Shown here in pieces: positions 17,085 through 32,689 of a stretch of 64,000 nt of DNA. The stretch's first letter is position 1; every line of letters starts with the position of its first letter. The stretch lies in the NCBI RefSeq assembly GCF_009914755.1, contig NC_060927.1; one strand, written 5' to 3'. The position numbers and the translations under genes were made by a program. The notes under the pieces are model-generated. The model was not told the DNA's origin. It saw only the letters and a list, made by a program, of their open reading frames with translations, and ran no database searches. The stretch is from the human T2T-CHM13v2.0 reference genome, Homo sapiens.

Positions 17085-17545
17085 AAGCATGCACAGTAGT
17101 CAAGAAATGGGTGCAACCCACCTGTTCATTGACAGATGAGTGGATAAAGCAAGATGTGGTCTCTCTTACAGTGGGATGTTACTCAGCCTTAAAAAGGAGT
17201 GAGTGTCTGACACATGCTACACTATTGATAGTCCTGTGTCAAATGGAATAAACCTGTCATGAAGGAACAAATACTGTAGGAATCCACTTATATGAGGTTT
17301 CTTATGTAGTCACATTCATAGAAACAGAAAGTAAATGGTGGCTGCCAGGGGCTGGACGAGTGAGAAATAGGGAGTTGTTTAATGGGAGCAGAGTTTCAGT
17401 TCTGCAAGATGAAAAGAGTTTTGCGTGGTCACACAACAGTATGAATATACTTAACATTACTGGACTGGATTCTTAGAAATGGCTAAGAGGGTAAGTTTTA
17501 TGTTAGGTAGTTTTTTGCCACAATTAAAACAAACAAACAAACAAA
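17085..17545 (+). mobile_element. L1MB 3' end
   Basis: cagatgagtggataaa...tactcagccttaaaaagga...gagtttcagttctgcaagatgaaaa. Confidence 0.85.
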
Positions 17546-17564
17546 CAAATAAATAATAAATAAC

Positions 17565-17872
17565 GGCTGGGTGCAGTGGCTCACACCTATAATCCTTCAG
17601 AGGCCAAGGTGGGAGGATCACTTGAGCCCAGTAGTTTTGAGACCAGCCTGGAGTTTGAGACCAGCCTGGACAACATAGAGAGACCCCGTCTCTACAAAAA
17701 ATTAGAAAATTAGCCAGGCATGGTGATGTGTGCCTGTAGTCCCAGCTACTCAGGAGACTGAGATGGGAGGATCCATTGAGCCCAGGAATTTGAGGCTACA
17801 GTGAGCTGTCATCACACCACTGCCCTCTAGCATGGGCAACAGAGTGAGACCCTATCTCTAAAATAAATAAAT
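17565..17872 (+). mobile_element. AluJ with internal duplication of tttgagaccagcctgg
   Basis: J-type ggaggatcacttgagccca; the duplicated 16-mer lies at about 17636-17669. Confidence 0.9.
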
Positions 17873-17873
17873 A

Positions 17874-17912
<39 letters not shown>

Positions 17913-17934
17913 TAGGGAAAGTATGGGAGACAAA

Positions 17935-17961
<27 letters not shown>
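17873..17961. repeat. (GA)n and (CA)n microsatellites
   Basis: Read directly. Confidence 0.95.
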
Positions 17962-17967
<6 letters not shown>

Positions 17968-20900
17968 TGAGAGGAAAAAAGGGGCAGAATACCAAAGAGA
18001 GAGAGGGAAAAGCAAAGATGCATCCAGCTTTTTGCAGCCACGGAGTTCCCATCGCTGCCCCCTCCCCACATCCAGACTTCTGCTCTGATTCTCACTTCCA
18101 CTCACCACACGTACCCATCTGTTCACCAAAATCACACTGCTGTTCACACCAGAAGTCCCTCCTCTACGATCAAATTCCTAATCCCAATTTCTACTCACAC
18201 ACCTCGTGGGAGGCCAACACCTTCTTCTGGTTCTTCATTCTCTTCCTCCCCAGGGCTGACCATCACCAAAGCCAAACAGCTCTGCCATACTTTCTACTCT
18301 CTAGGTAGCCAAGGAGCAGAACTAAACACAAGTGTGAAGATGAAATTTATTTCAGGATCCCTTGTGCAGCTCCTGGGCAGGCAAGGGGTTCTCACTGTGC
18401 TCAGCCCACAGGCTCTCCATCTTCTCAGGCCAGCTGCCCTTTCTTTGCACAGCCTTCTCTACTTAGTTCCTGCACCATCTCCTTCCCTCCCTCCATCTCC
18501 AAGCACCCTACCCCGCAATCACATCACCACCTCTCCTACACACGATTCTAATTGGCTCTCAGGCGATGGTCATGCTAAAAATAGAATTAGACTACAGAAA
18601 TGATACCGGAGCAATATGGAAAGATGATGACTTATTTTCATGTGTTAATCTCTCAGGGACTATTTGCATTGTAGTGGGTGATACAACTCACATGACCATC
18701 TCCTGAATGGGAAAATGTTAGCCATCAGAGGCGGGTCTTTGGGAGAACCATCTTAGGATGGTGAGACCTTTGAGGTACTCACCCAAAAGCCATGTAGCTC
18801 TGCCTCCTTTTCCCTCTTTTCTGCTCCCTGAGCCTGGTATGTGTTGGTGGCTTGTCCACCTAATCACCCTGAACTCCTGAGAAGTCTGCCCCTGTCTCTG
18901 TGACAGTGTCACCTTAGAGGGAAACAAAATTTGAAGTGTTGTGCTTGGCTCCATAGGCAGAGATTCCAAAGTCCCTACTTTCGAGTAGCTAATAATCCAC
19001 ATCTACTGCCTCAGTTGGGTGGCCAATTCAGAAAAATTATCATTGGGAGACTTCAAAAGAATGGCCAGTTGAAGCATATTTCTTAAATTCCTGGTAAATC
19101 AGGTTTCATCCTCTTCCTAATGGAAGCTTTCCCCAAACCTGCTGCTTTTAGATAACATCAAATTCTTGTCTGAGCTTCATCTTTTAAAATGTCTTCTTTA
19201 CTTGGTTGGAAAGGCTAGTGAACAATGACATGGTCAGAAATTGCTAGGGAAGGTGGGAGAGAAACGGAGAGTGTGAATCTTATGAAAGTATCAGCTCCTT
19301 ATTTTACTGGGTGCTGACTTGGCAGAAGTGATTTAAAAAAATGTGTTTCTAATGTGACTAGGTACACATGGATTATGGAGGTGAGCCCTTGAAAATAAGT
19401 TCTTCACTGAAAAGCATTTTAATGAATGGCACATATGTCCTTCTAAATTACCAAAAATGTTCAAGCACTGGGGTCAGTTCATAGCTGGCGTTATGGTTGA
19501 TGAGGAGATTTGTTAGTCATTCTGAATGCAGTGATACAAAGATATGCAGCTCTCTGTATGCCTTTTTAGTGATAGCTCATCTGTTGTTCATAAGCAAGAC
19601 ACCCAAATATCTAAGTGTCAGTCTCTGTACTAATGAATGGACTTTCTGTTCTCACTCACCTTGAATTGTGAGAATGAAAGATCACATAGTGTTAATTGTT
19701 TTCAATTGCACTTGGCAATTGATCAGGGATCTCTGTAGCCCTCATCATGTCTTTTATTGCTCCCTCCTTGAAGTGGCATGCCAAATAAAGCAAGAATCTC
19801 TTGTGGCATATTTAAAGCCACCCCCAGTTTTTGTAGCACCAGTATGAAGAAGGAGAAAGTTCAAAATGAGAATTTGTTTTCCAAGGAAGAATGGTACAAA
19901 TAAATCAGCTCTCTCACACAGACTGCTATCAAACCAACAAACCGATGCAGCTGCCTAGCCAGGGTAGCTGTTAGGGTGATTTGTAGCTGGGATTTCTTCA
20001 AAAGGCAAATCCACAATTCTATAAGAAGAGGAGTTAAGCTAACGCTCCTAGGTAATCCAGTAAAGCTTCCAGTAATTCTGCTTTTTCTCTCCTCTCAGTC
20101 ATTTTATTTTTGTCCTTTGTTTATCATTTGGAATGATGACTCATATTGGCTATTGGGCAGCTCTTTGGCTCTCAACTTTCATTTTAGACATAAGGCACGC
20201 TGCACCCTTTTGAATCGTATGGAATTCCTTTTCTAGTTGAACATGTTATGGCAAATCCTAGAGACCATAAACCTAAGTAAGTCTTATTTACAAACAAGTT
20301 ATCTCCTTTTATCTCCTAAATTTTTTTTCTTTTAAATACACTTTAAAAAGGAAGAAATACTACAGTCTTCCCAAGGGCTAAAACTTTAGCCTCTATCTCA
20401 ACTCTTCTTTTATCCACTTGAATTTCAATATTTTTTTGAATGGACTAGGTTAAACCTGGATATTAGGGGCCAGGAAAGAAAGATGCCTCCCTTGGGTTTC
20501 CCTTAAAATTAATTAACTAGCACTTTGGTTAGGAATTGACCCTAAAGAGCCTTAATTAATTTTCTTCTGCCAGAACCAATGCTTTAATGTTGGTATTTGA
20601 AAGCAGAGTAAAACAAAACCAAAATAAATAAATGAAATAAAGAGGTTTCTGTAAAGATTTTTAAATGCCAGGCATTAGAATGTCAACGTTTGCACTATAT
20701 TTTGTAATTGTTGTCATCAGATTGAAAAGTCCTTATTAAGCCATTAAGTCTGCATGGTGCTGTGGTAAGCAATGCATAAAGAGAACTACATAGAGATAAT
20801 TCCCATTTTGATGGGTAGAAAAGGGAAGCTAAGACAGGCGCACCACGAAGATTATAGATTTGTTCCAGTGGGTAAGGAATAATGAAGATTAAGAAACATA

Positions 20901-21080
20901 TGGGGGATTTGTTTGTTTTCACAGTTAAATTTGTTAAAAAGCAGAATAACCATACAACTATAGAAATAGAGGGGCTTTAAGGATCACCCAGTCCAACCCT
21001 CTAATTTTATAGATTAGCAAACTGATCCTAGAGCTGCAAAGTGAGTTGCCTAAAGTTATAGAAAATTAAAAGAAACACTC

Positions 21081-21399
<319 letters not shown>

Positions 21400-22317
21400 T
21401 TACAAACTAGGTTTCCTAAATCCAAATTAAATATTATTTCCATTGCATGATTTTGCCTTCATGTTTTCTAAAACACATCAGTAAGTTGTGTATAGATGCT
21501 GTGTCAGCAGAGATTCAAATTTTCTCAGGTTAGAAATGGCAGGATTCATTTAAGAGGAGGAAAGGAAAAGATGAGAGGCAAGGGAAGAGCACATCTGAAG
21601 GAAAGACACGGTAAAGAGGCAAGTGGAGAAGAGGAAGGAGCTGCAAGTTGACACTTAGTCCCTCTTACCAAAGAGGAATAGTGAGATGTCTGGACAGCAG
21701 CGGGGAACACCGCACTGGGAAACAGGATGCCTGGGTTCCGCCTCTCATTGGCTCTGGACAATGGATCAGTTACTTAACACCTCTGTATCTTAATGCCTTA
21801 GTGGATGAAATACAGAGTTGAACTGAATTCACTCTGTGGTGTCTTTTCCTGCTTTCTCATGTTATGATTCTGTTATTTGATGGGCACCAAAACATTGGGT
21901 AGTGCTGGAAAGAGAATCCTGTGTTGTTACGGAAGAACATGTAAGCTTCCCCCAGGGCCACGTGTGAAAATACAGTTAGTAGCCGTGCGCCAGGAGAAAT
22001 TATCTCTTTCACTAAAGATCATAGCAACACAAAAAATTCGGAAGTTTTCCTGTTTATTTCAGTCTTAGTTTCTTCTTTACCATATAGGATGGTTTGGGTT
22101 TGGTATTTATTCACTTATGTATTAGAACTATGAGAGCCAGGTTTTTTGTTGTTGGTTTCTAGGTCCATAAATATGTATGTAAACATATATATTAATAACT
22201 TTAGGCATTATTGATAAGAGGAGTGTTTCTTTTTTTTCACTCGTTTGGTTAAATTCTTCCTCCTTGCCTAAGTTCCAAATTTGGGGTGGTGTAAAGAAAA
22301 TGTGAGACACACACACA

Positions 22318-22575
22318 CACAATGGAATACTATTCAGCTATGAAAAAGAATGAAATCATGTCTTTTGCAACAACAGGGATGGAACCGGAGACCACTATCT
22401 TAAGTGAAACAACTCAGAAACAGAAAGTCAAAACTGCATGTTTGGGGTGAGGGATGAGAAATTACCTAAAAGGTACAATGTACACTATTAGGGTGATGGT
22501 TACACTTCACCACTAGGCGATACATCCATGTAACAAAACTGCACTTGTACCCCTTAAATTTATACACTTTTTTTT
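22318..22575 (+). mobile_element. L1PB/L1MA-type 3' end fragment
   Basis: atggaatactattcagc.atgaaaaagaatgaaatcatgtc...gtaacaaaactgcacttgtacccc. Confidence 0.8.
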
Positions 22576-23979
22576 TAAATGGGGGTAATGGATGAGTTTA
22601 GGGGAATGTTCCTCTAGTATGGAGTGGGTGAGGAAGCTGCGCTTTTCGGCTCACTCTGTGATCTCTCCAGGGGAATGCTGTGGTTATAAAGTGTACGCAT
22701 TCTTGTACTGGATACTCATTCTTGCATTGTCCTCAGTTTTAAAAAAATGACAACTAGATCACACTGGTTGGCTGCTTTCTATTATGCTAAAAATGCAGCT
22801 AACAGGTATCTACTAGAGACAAAGCTGACTATTAAAATAAATTTAACAATTCCTGATCCCAGTTTGGAAACCTAAGGGTACAAAGCTTTTTTTTTTCCCA
22901 TAATGTGCTAAATAAAACTTTCAAACTTATGCATATAATTATGAAGGCAAAGAGTCAGAATTATAACCCATCTCAGCAAAAGGCAAGCCCGCTTAAGGCA
23001 TATTTAAACAAAGCCCATTTGCTGAGGCCTGAGATAAGTGCAGTGTGCATCTAGCCATACCATCCCAAATATTTGGCCCCAACGTGCCAGGTTCTACCAA
23101 CTGTCGGTGTGTTTTGGGTTATGCCGTTTGGATGTTTTGTCTGCATGGCACTGTGTATCTAGATGTTTGAAAACATCCAGATGATAGACTTTAAAATTTT
23201 TGTTTTGATGGGATATTTAACATTATAATCAAGAAGCATTTCCAATCAATACATGGGCATCATCAGCTTTCAAAAAAGCTTAGGCTTTATTTTATTTTAG
23301 ATTAACATGAGAGAGTAAAAACGTTTATAACTATTATATTTTAACTCAATTTTGCATATTGACTTTACATTTGCAAGAATTACAGTCTGAAACAACATAA
23401 CCAAAAAGCAATTAAACCGTCCCTAAAGTATTTAGAACATTCTCACTCGTTGTCTGCTTGTCTTTTTTTTTTTTTTTTTTTTGACATTAAAATTTGATCT
23501 TTGCCTTATTGGAACTATGAAGAAATCTAAATCTGAATAGCCCTTTTTATAATACACAGCCATTGTTTGTACTTGCAAAACTGGATTAAGAAATCACTGG
23601 TATTCTTACACGTTTTTTAATTGCCAAAGAAAATTCAGCATATTTCTGCTTAGCCTTGAAATTTCCACCAACCAGACGGAGAGATTGTGCACCACCCACA
23701 CCCTTCTCCTTGGCTTTCCCAAGTCCCCAGGGAAATCTCAGCTGGAAGCCCGAATGACATGTCCACACTCCTCTGTGCCTTGCTGTGTTACAGCTGTCCT
23801 GCAGGTGAAACGATTCCCCTGCTGAACCCATGAGGAGGTTGAGCACTTCATTTGTTCAAATCAAACAAACATCTTCCCTATGCTTCCCCCATTTCCATCC
23901 TGTCCTGTATTGAAAACTACAGGCAACAACCTCTCTTGGGGAGAACACTTTTCCGTGTGCTTCTCCTCCTTAGTTTTAG

Positions 23980-24314
<335 letters not shown>

Positions 24315-24640
24315 AACAATATTCTTAAGCAGAAGCACATTGCAACACATGTAATGAGTACAGCCTCCTTTAGTTCTGCAAATTCCTGTTATTCAAGCCC
24401 CAATCCCTGCCTTTCCCTCTCCCTCTCAAAACCAGCACACACACACACACACACACACGCACCACACACCACACTCACAGTTTTTAAAAACTGGCATAAG
24501 AAACTAAATTCCCCCAAACCACCATCCCTGCATTCTGCTTCTCAGATACATCTTAATGATTTTCACCTCTTTCTTCTACTGTGTCTTCTGTTTCTTCTGA
24601 TATTTCTTTCCATACTTCTAAATGCTATGCTTATATTGCC

Positions 24641-24957
<317 letters not shown>

Positions 24958-25075
24958 TAATAGCCTCAGGAATCTCCCAACTTGAAGCTACAGAAGCTGT
25001 TAATTTAGTACGCTTACTCTCCACCCCCCACCTTCTTTCCTTTCCTTTATTCTTCTCTTTCTTTCAATATAGTTT

Positions 25076-25251
25076 GTGCGTGTGTGTGTGTGTGTGTGTG
25101 TGTCTGAGACAGGGTCTTGCACTGTCACTGAGGCTGGGGTGCAGTGGCACGATTATGGCTCACTGCAGCTGCAAACCCCTATTTTCAGATGATCCTCCCA
25201 CCTCAGCCTCCTGAGTAGCTGGGACCACAGGTACACCCCATGATGCCTGGC

Positions 25252-25305
<54 letters not shown>

Positions 25306-25426
25306 TGTAGGGATGGGGTCCCACTATGTTGCCTAGGCTGCTCTTGAATATCTGGACTCAAGCAATCCTTCTGCCTTGGCCTCCCAAAGTGCTGGGATTA
25401 CAGGTTATAAGCCATTATGCTGGGCC
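25076..25426 (-). mobile_element. AluJ whose tail and middle linker are both (TG)n
   Basis: TSD caatatagttt at 25065-25075 and 25430-25440; (TG)26 at 25253-25304. Confidence 0.9.
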
Positions 25427-25479
25427 TCCCAATATAGTTTTATCATAATTTTTGGAAAAATGAATGTTCTGTGTTTACA

Positions 25480-25641
25480 TTATTATTATTATTTTAGAGG
25501 AGGGTCTTGCTCTGTTGCCAGGCTGGAATACAGTGGTATAACCATGGCTTGCTGCAACCTTGACCTCCTGGGCTCAAATGATCCTCCCACCTCAACCTTC
25601 CAAAGCCCCCGGATTACAGGCATGAGTCACTGTGCCTAGCC
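25480..25641 (-). mobile_element. Old Alu monomer or deleted AluJ
   Basis: gctctgttgccaggctgg...ggattacaggcatgagtcactg. Confidence 0.8.
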
Positions 25642-26209
25642 ATTTTTACATTATTATTACCACGTAAATATTGTTCATGAGCAAGCCACATAGTACATTA
25701 TATGTATATTCCTTTTTTTGTACAAGTTAATTTTTCTCGAGTTAATAATTGCCTCCCACTTACTTTTTTTGTACAAGTTAATTTTTCTCGAGTTACTAAT
25801 TGCCTCATTTTTGCTCATTTGTTTGTTTTTACTACCACCAATTCTTCCCAAATTCTCTAAAGAACTGTAAAACTCAGTTCAACACAGACACATCGGATAG
25901 GTAACCTATAGATATAATTTCGGGGGTGACATCTCTCTGGGAACCCTTCTATCCTTCCACTCCAGGTGGGACTAGTTGCCCTTTTTGGCCTCCTACCCTG
26001 TGTCAACCTTGCCTCTACTGTCATCCTGAGAATTGCCCTCCCTTTCTCTGGTGTTGGTTCCCCTGGTTCCTGGATTCTTGCCTTCTTCGTAATTAGTTTA
26101 CTCCGCCGTTTTGTTGGAGCACATTCTGTAGTAACCTCCTAAGAAAAAGTAAGTGGGAAGCAATTTTTTAAACTTCCTAAGAAAAAGTAAGTGGGAGGCA
26201 ATTTTTAAA

Positions 26210-26319
26210 AAAACCTTTTTATTTGTGAATAATGTCAAAATTACAGAAGAACTGCAAGAATATCACATGGTACACTCATACAATCTCCACCCAGATTCTG
26301 TTTTCTATTCTGTTTGCTT

Positions 26320-26357
<38 letters not shown>

Positions 26358-27030
26358 AGAGACAGAGACAGAAAGAGAGAGAGTCTATGTATATATTTTT
26401 TGGGCCAAGTGTTCTATCTAATCTACCATCCATATTCCAATTTTGTCAACTGATCCAAAAATGGTTTTTGGGTATATCTTTCTCTCTAGAACAGGATCCA
26501 GTCTAGTGTCAGAAATTGCTTTTAGTTGTCATGTCTCTTTAGCCTACTTTAGTTGGAAATTTCCACTTCTGTCTTTTTCCTTCTTTACACATTTTTTAAA
26601 AAGAATAAAGCCCTCTCCCTTTTATTTTAAATAGAATGCTCTTCATTTTTATTTCCTGATGATTCGGGTTATGCATTTTTCTAGTCAGAATACCACCTCA
26701 ATGTGTCATTTTTTAGGACATCACATGTAAGAGACACCTACTGCCCATTTGCCCCTCACTGGTGATGTTAATTTTGGTCACCTGGTCAAGGTGCTATTCA
26801 ATTTCTCCATGTATAGTTGTTTTTCCCCCTGCAATAAGCAATCTGTGGGAAGACATTTTAAGACCATGCTATTATCCTCTAATTATTGAAAATTTGCCCT
26901 GAACCAGAATCCATTAATGATTCTTGCCTGAACCAATCTTTACTATGATGGTTGCAAATGACAATGTAATTCCTGCACTCCCTTCACATTCACCAGTAAG
27001 CCCTCAGCATTCTACTGAAAGAGCCTTCCC
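26210..27030 (-). mobile_element. L1MC/L1ME 3' end relic
   Basis: ggtgatgttaattttggtcacctggtcaagg and related L1MC 3' motifs. Confidence 0.65.
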
Positions 27031-27039
27031 TTCTCTTCC

Positions 27040-27280
27040 CAGCCACCCATCCATCTACCCTTGCATCCACCCTCCCATCCAAAATCTGTCCATCCATCCA
27101 TCCATCTATCCATCCATCCGCCCTCCCACTCAATAGCTAGCCATCCATCCATCCATCCATCCATCCATCCATCCATCCATCCATCTCTTCATCTATTCAT
27201 CCAATCTATTTATCCACCTATTCATCCATCTATCCATCTATTTATCCATATATCCATCTATCTATCCATCCATCCGTCTA
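27040..27280. repeat. Degenerate (TCCA)n tetranucleotide repeat
   Basis: Long run of catc/ccat units. Confidence 0.95.
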
Positions 27281-29539
27281 TTATCTCCCTTTCCTTGGTA
27301 TGGACTCAGATTTCTGGTATTTTTTCCCAATGGTTTATCATTCCCTGTCTCTACACTGTATTTCTAGAATTCCTATTTTAAAAATTCTAGCACAGTCCTC
27401 TAGTTGTCTTATCTTTCCTCTCTGTTTTTCACCTGCTGGCCTTTTAGTTCTACTTCCTGGGACTGTTTCTCAACTTCATTTTCTAATACATGTATTGACT
27501 ACTTTTATCTTTTTGGTTTTCAAGAGCTCTTGCTTGTTTGTGATTGTTCTTATTTGATGGGTACAATGTATTCTTTGTCTCCCAGAATATTGTTGCACCT
27601 GTTTTCTGCTTCTGGCATTATTTTCACTGAATTCTCTTTTTTTCAGATTATTTGCTTTGATTTTTTAATTATTTGTGTCCCTTTCATTGTGGAGGTGTTT
27701 CTCAAAAGTTTGTTGATATTTGACAGTTTATTTTTAAGAGTGAGGCATGATCAGTGTTTGTTGAATGGTGGACTTTGCTGTGATGTGATTCAGTAAGGCC
27801 CATTCATTCCATTGAGATGCCCCTAAATGTCATTAACTATAAATATTTTTTCTCCTAAAGTAGTTTCTCCAGGAGAGAATCATGCAATCTTCCGTTGGGG
27901 AGAAAGCATACTGGGGGTTAGGAGGGCTGTAGGGATGGTTGGGGAAAGTGAGGGTTATAAGGTTGGATGCCAGAGAACAGAGGAGGGACTCGTGTCACAG
28001 TGCTCACCTGTACCCTCCATTATGCCTACAGTTCTTGTGCCAGAACCTCTCTTCCTCTTTCTATTTCTCCAAAGAATAAACCTCCATTCTTTTGTAGGGT
28101 AATGGAGGCATAGTGACTTCACTGGATGAAGGAATGGAATAAACGTGGAAATGTTCTTGATACAGGTTTTCAGGCAGTTTTCAATTCTCCTCATCCAAGG
28201 TTCACCTGATACATCCAATTCCTGAACTTTCTAGGGTTCTGTAGAATGAATCAACCCTCTTCTCATTGCTCTCTGCATTGGTAGACCTGGATTTTTGCTT
28301 CCTCCACTTTACTAAGCAAGTTACCACTGGTCCTTCTACTTCCCACCTTCTAAAAATGTGGACAATCTTCCATCCATTGTTGTCTCCTCTTTGATTCCCT
28401 TTGTACTGGTGAGTTCGTGCCATGATAAATTCCTATTTTGTTATTTTGATGTTTCAAAGGGGAACAGAGGTAAAGATATGCATTGGATCCACTTTGTTTA
28501 ACTGGAATGTGAACAAAAATTTGAATCTGGATGAGAGAAGCAAAGTCCAAGATTGTAATTAGCATTCCAGCTTCCTGCCCTTATTCCTTTCCAGACCACA
28601 CGTAAATGGCTCCTGGGTCTGAGTGCTGTGCACCTAAGTTTGTTTTGTAATCGGGAGAAAGACATGATCCTAAAGGAATAGTGTATGGGAAAATGTGAGG
28701 TAGCTGCTCGGGGGAGGGTGTGAAGAGAAGCGATTCATATCCCATTTCTTTATATAATATGTAATATTATATCTCATCTGCACCACCCCACATGCCTTTG
28801 CAAGATGGATCTACAAAAATGGAACAACTTCAAGTAGACCCAGTAACAGAGATTGCCATATGGATTGGCTACAAATGACCTCCATTTCACCACTGAAAAT
28901 CATAATTCAGGTACAACATAAGATACAAGGATGAATTTAATAGAAAATTCAGTCAGAAAACAGAAGTTAGTTTTCATATGTTCAGCAAGTCATGTTCAAC
29001 ACCTATTAGATGCCAGACACCATTCTAAACACTTATTTCTTAGGTTTTTCCTGCTAAGTTATCATTGACAACCTCAACAGGAGAATATGTGTTTTTGACA
29101 GAAATGCAGACAAACCCAAGCTACAATGACGAAGTAGGGACCTGTGGTTGACTTTCCACAGTAATAGAACTGAAGGGTGACTGTGAAGTATAATCTACCT
29201 AGGTTGTAATTGACTTATCTCACAGGGATTTACTAGTTTTACCATGTTTGCATGATAAAATATTACTTAGATATATAATAGAATTATATTTTATCATTCT
29301 ATAACTAACTGGAAATTAATCAATTTGTCCAAATTAACAGTTTATTTATCACTGTTCACTTTGTGTGTGTGAAACCATAGCCAGAGTGCTGGTAAAGTTT
29401 ATTTCTCTTCTCAAGCAGTGATGTAGTAGAAAAGGAAGACCCACTAGAGGATCCACGAGACCAAAGGGAAGAGAATTCATATATCACCCAGTACTCCAGT
29501 AAACCTCGATGGAGTTTTAGTTCAATACTGTGATACAGG

Positions 29540-30080
29540 AAGAGAGGAATATTTTCAATACAACTCCTTCACAGAGTTTATTGATGGTGGGAGGTAAGAG
29601 GGAAAGGGGATTGTGGAGGCCTCCGCAATGTATCATTGAGTAAATGAAGGACGTTGTGGTGTCTATGGTAAGATCCAGTCCGTGTTTGCAATGGGGGAAA
29701 CGTTCACGTATTTATAGAGGGAGTCCAGCAGTACTTACACAAATGGTTAAGAGAAGTGATGGCAAATTTGCAGAATACCTTAGACCACTTGGTGATCACC
29801 TTCATTCCACCAAATATCAGAGAGGGCAATGATATGGAGCAAAAACTAAAATACTGCTCATGGCAGTGAAAGTTGGTACAACCATTTTGGAGGGCCATTT
29901 GGAGCTTCGCCTCAGAATAATGCAAATTAAAACAGTGAGGAGGTACCATTTTGTGTCCATCAGGTTGGAAACAATTTTAAAATCTTGGAATACTAAGTGT
30001 TGACAAGCATGCGGGAAAGTGGAAATGATACAGTGGAAATCCAGACGACCACTTTGAGGAGCATTTGGGCAACAGCTAGA
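29540..30080 (+). mobile_element. L1ME relic (ORF2 region)
   Basis: aatgcaaattaaaacagtgaggaggtaccatttt...aatactaagtgttgacaag. Confidence 0.55.
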
Positions 30081-32120
30081 CTTTGTAGAAATGGTCTGCT
30101 TCCAGAATCCTTGCCTCTGTGAGGCTGCCTGTTGTTGCCTGTACCAGTGAATGACATTGAGCATAGAACTTTTCAGGCATGTGCTTTTCACTCAAAACGT
30201 TTAGACCTCGCTTCACTGTTTTAGGCGAATGTTCCTGTGCAGAAGTCTCGAGCCCACCTAATGAATTCCTTTTCCCTGCGCAGGTGGCTTGATGCTCTCT
30301 TTTGGGATACTTGTAGGAATTTTCTTTATCTTCAGCAGCTTCACTAGTATTCTTCCTGATATTGATTATTTTCTATATATTCCCAAGACTCTTTGATGTG
30401 CAAATTGAAGTAATCATTGCGGTAATGTTTCCTCCTGTCACTGAATATGTCTTTGACTTGGTTTTCCATGTTTGTTCTGTGCTTTTTTACTCCTGACACA
30501 TTTTTTTTTTTGTTCTGGGACTGTGTTGTTTTCTCCTCAGTTTCTTTCCTCAACATTTCCAGCTCTTTGGGGGCCTTATTCTTTAGTTTTGTTATCTCAT
30601 CTTCCCTTTAATCTCTCAAGAGTGTGAAGGATATGGTATCTAAGCATTTCTTCTCTTTCCGGGGTAAGTTTAGATTCTTTACCAGTTCTGCACAGTTGCT
30701 TTTTGTTTTTTCCTTTTGGGGGGCTTGTAGAGGGGAGAGTAACAAATTTCCGCATGGTCCTGCATCCAACTTGTTTTGCCTACCCATCTTTGACAAAGCA
30801 GTCCTATCCTGGACTATTTGCCCCCAAGATAGTGTAGGCAAATTCTCCTTGACTCCAAGGAGTTTATCTGGGTAATATTTGGATCCACCCCTTAGAACAT
30901 GTGTTGAAGGGCGGATGTGAATGGGGTGTGGTTTTGCTCCATCCCTCACTTGCCTGTAGAGAGCAGGAAGGAATGAGAAGAGAGAGTTGGGGCTTGTTGC
31001 AGATGAGTTAATGAAGCTTTATCACCAATCTTTGTAATGAGCTCTGAATCAAAAGGGCATTCTATTGAGTTAGGGGGAAAAGGGTCTGTCCCTGTAGACA
31101 AAGAGTTGAGGCAACGAGGCCCTCTTGAGTTTCAAAGTGTTCCCCTGTTTCAGAGTAAACCATCGAGCTGGTGCACTTAGTGTGAAAGCGTTGGGTGTTT
31201 CAACTTTTAGTGTGATGTGGTCTAGTGTTCCTCCCTCCACGCAGAGATTTCATTTGCTGCTTTAAACAACAAACAAAAACTCTCTTTCACTTTCCACCTG
31301 GCCAAAAGGAAAAAGGGGTAAATTCTGTGAGTTGTTCAAAATGAGGCTTATGATCTATTTATCTAAGGAGGGAGAGGCTTGAAGATAGTTTTCTGCATTT
31401 TGTTTGTCACCTAAATATACAATCTTTATACCAAAACCTCAGTGAAATTTTCACTCAATACTGATTGCTCCACTGCATTTCCTTCTGAGAGAAAGTCAAG
31501 AGCCTGTTCCTTGTAGCTCTTTTAGTTGGATAAAATTTGTGTTATATCTGACAATAGTTTTTGAAGTTTGTGGAATGAAATGGAGACCTTCACATGGTTT
31601 CAACATTGATTGTATGTTCTTTTCTCTTTTCACTTAATTTGGTACATTTGGCTCAATTTGGGGAAGAAAATTCTTTTGTAATCCTACATTCTAGCTGCCG
31701 TCTAAAGGTCTTTCCAAATTCATGTTGTATATGTCTTCTCTGTTGCAAATGTGGTTGGTTGAGATTATTTGCATTGAAATTCTTTATGGCAAATCATGCC
31801 TTCAGATCTTTATTGGAATGTTTTCACCTGGTCTTAAAAAAGATCTTTCGTGGTCATCATTATTTCTATATACTTACTCCTACCAGCAGCCCACAGCCCC
31901 AAAGAAGACGGAAGATATAATCTTTTAAACAAAATACACTTGATTGTTTTAACTCTCGTGGAAAGAGTAAATATAATAGTAACATACTTAGACAATTCTA
32001 CCCAGGTTAATGAGTAGCATTATCTCACAGGCTGTCTGTCCATTTGTAGTGTAACTGTGATTTGGTAAGTAGAGTATGAACAAAGGTGAAGAAATTTAAT
32101 AACTTCCATGATCTTCTTAA

Positions 32121-32421
<301 letters not shown>

Positions 32422-32689
32422 GATCTTCTTAAGTTTTAACAGAGTGCTTTTTTAATCATCTGCTTAGGTATACCCAACTTAAGCCCATACATAAAAATGG
32501 CCACTTGGGCACTTTTATTAATGGTCAAACACTGAAATTGTAATAAGGAAATCAGAAAAGGTCATTAACAAATGATTTAAAGAAAAAAATACAAACAGCC
32601 ATTTTAAATAATGTTTACCTCACTAGCTATCAAATATATTTAAATAAAAAGATACCATTCCATTAAAAAAAAAAAAAAAAAAAAAGCCC

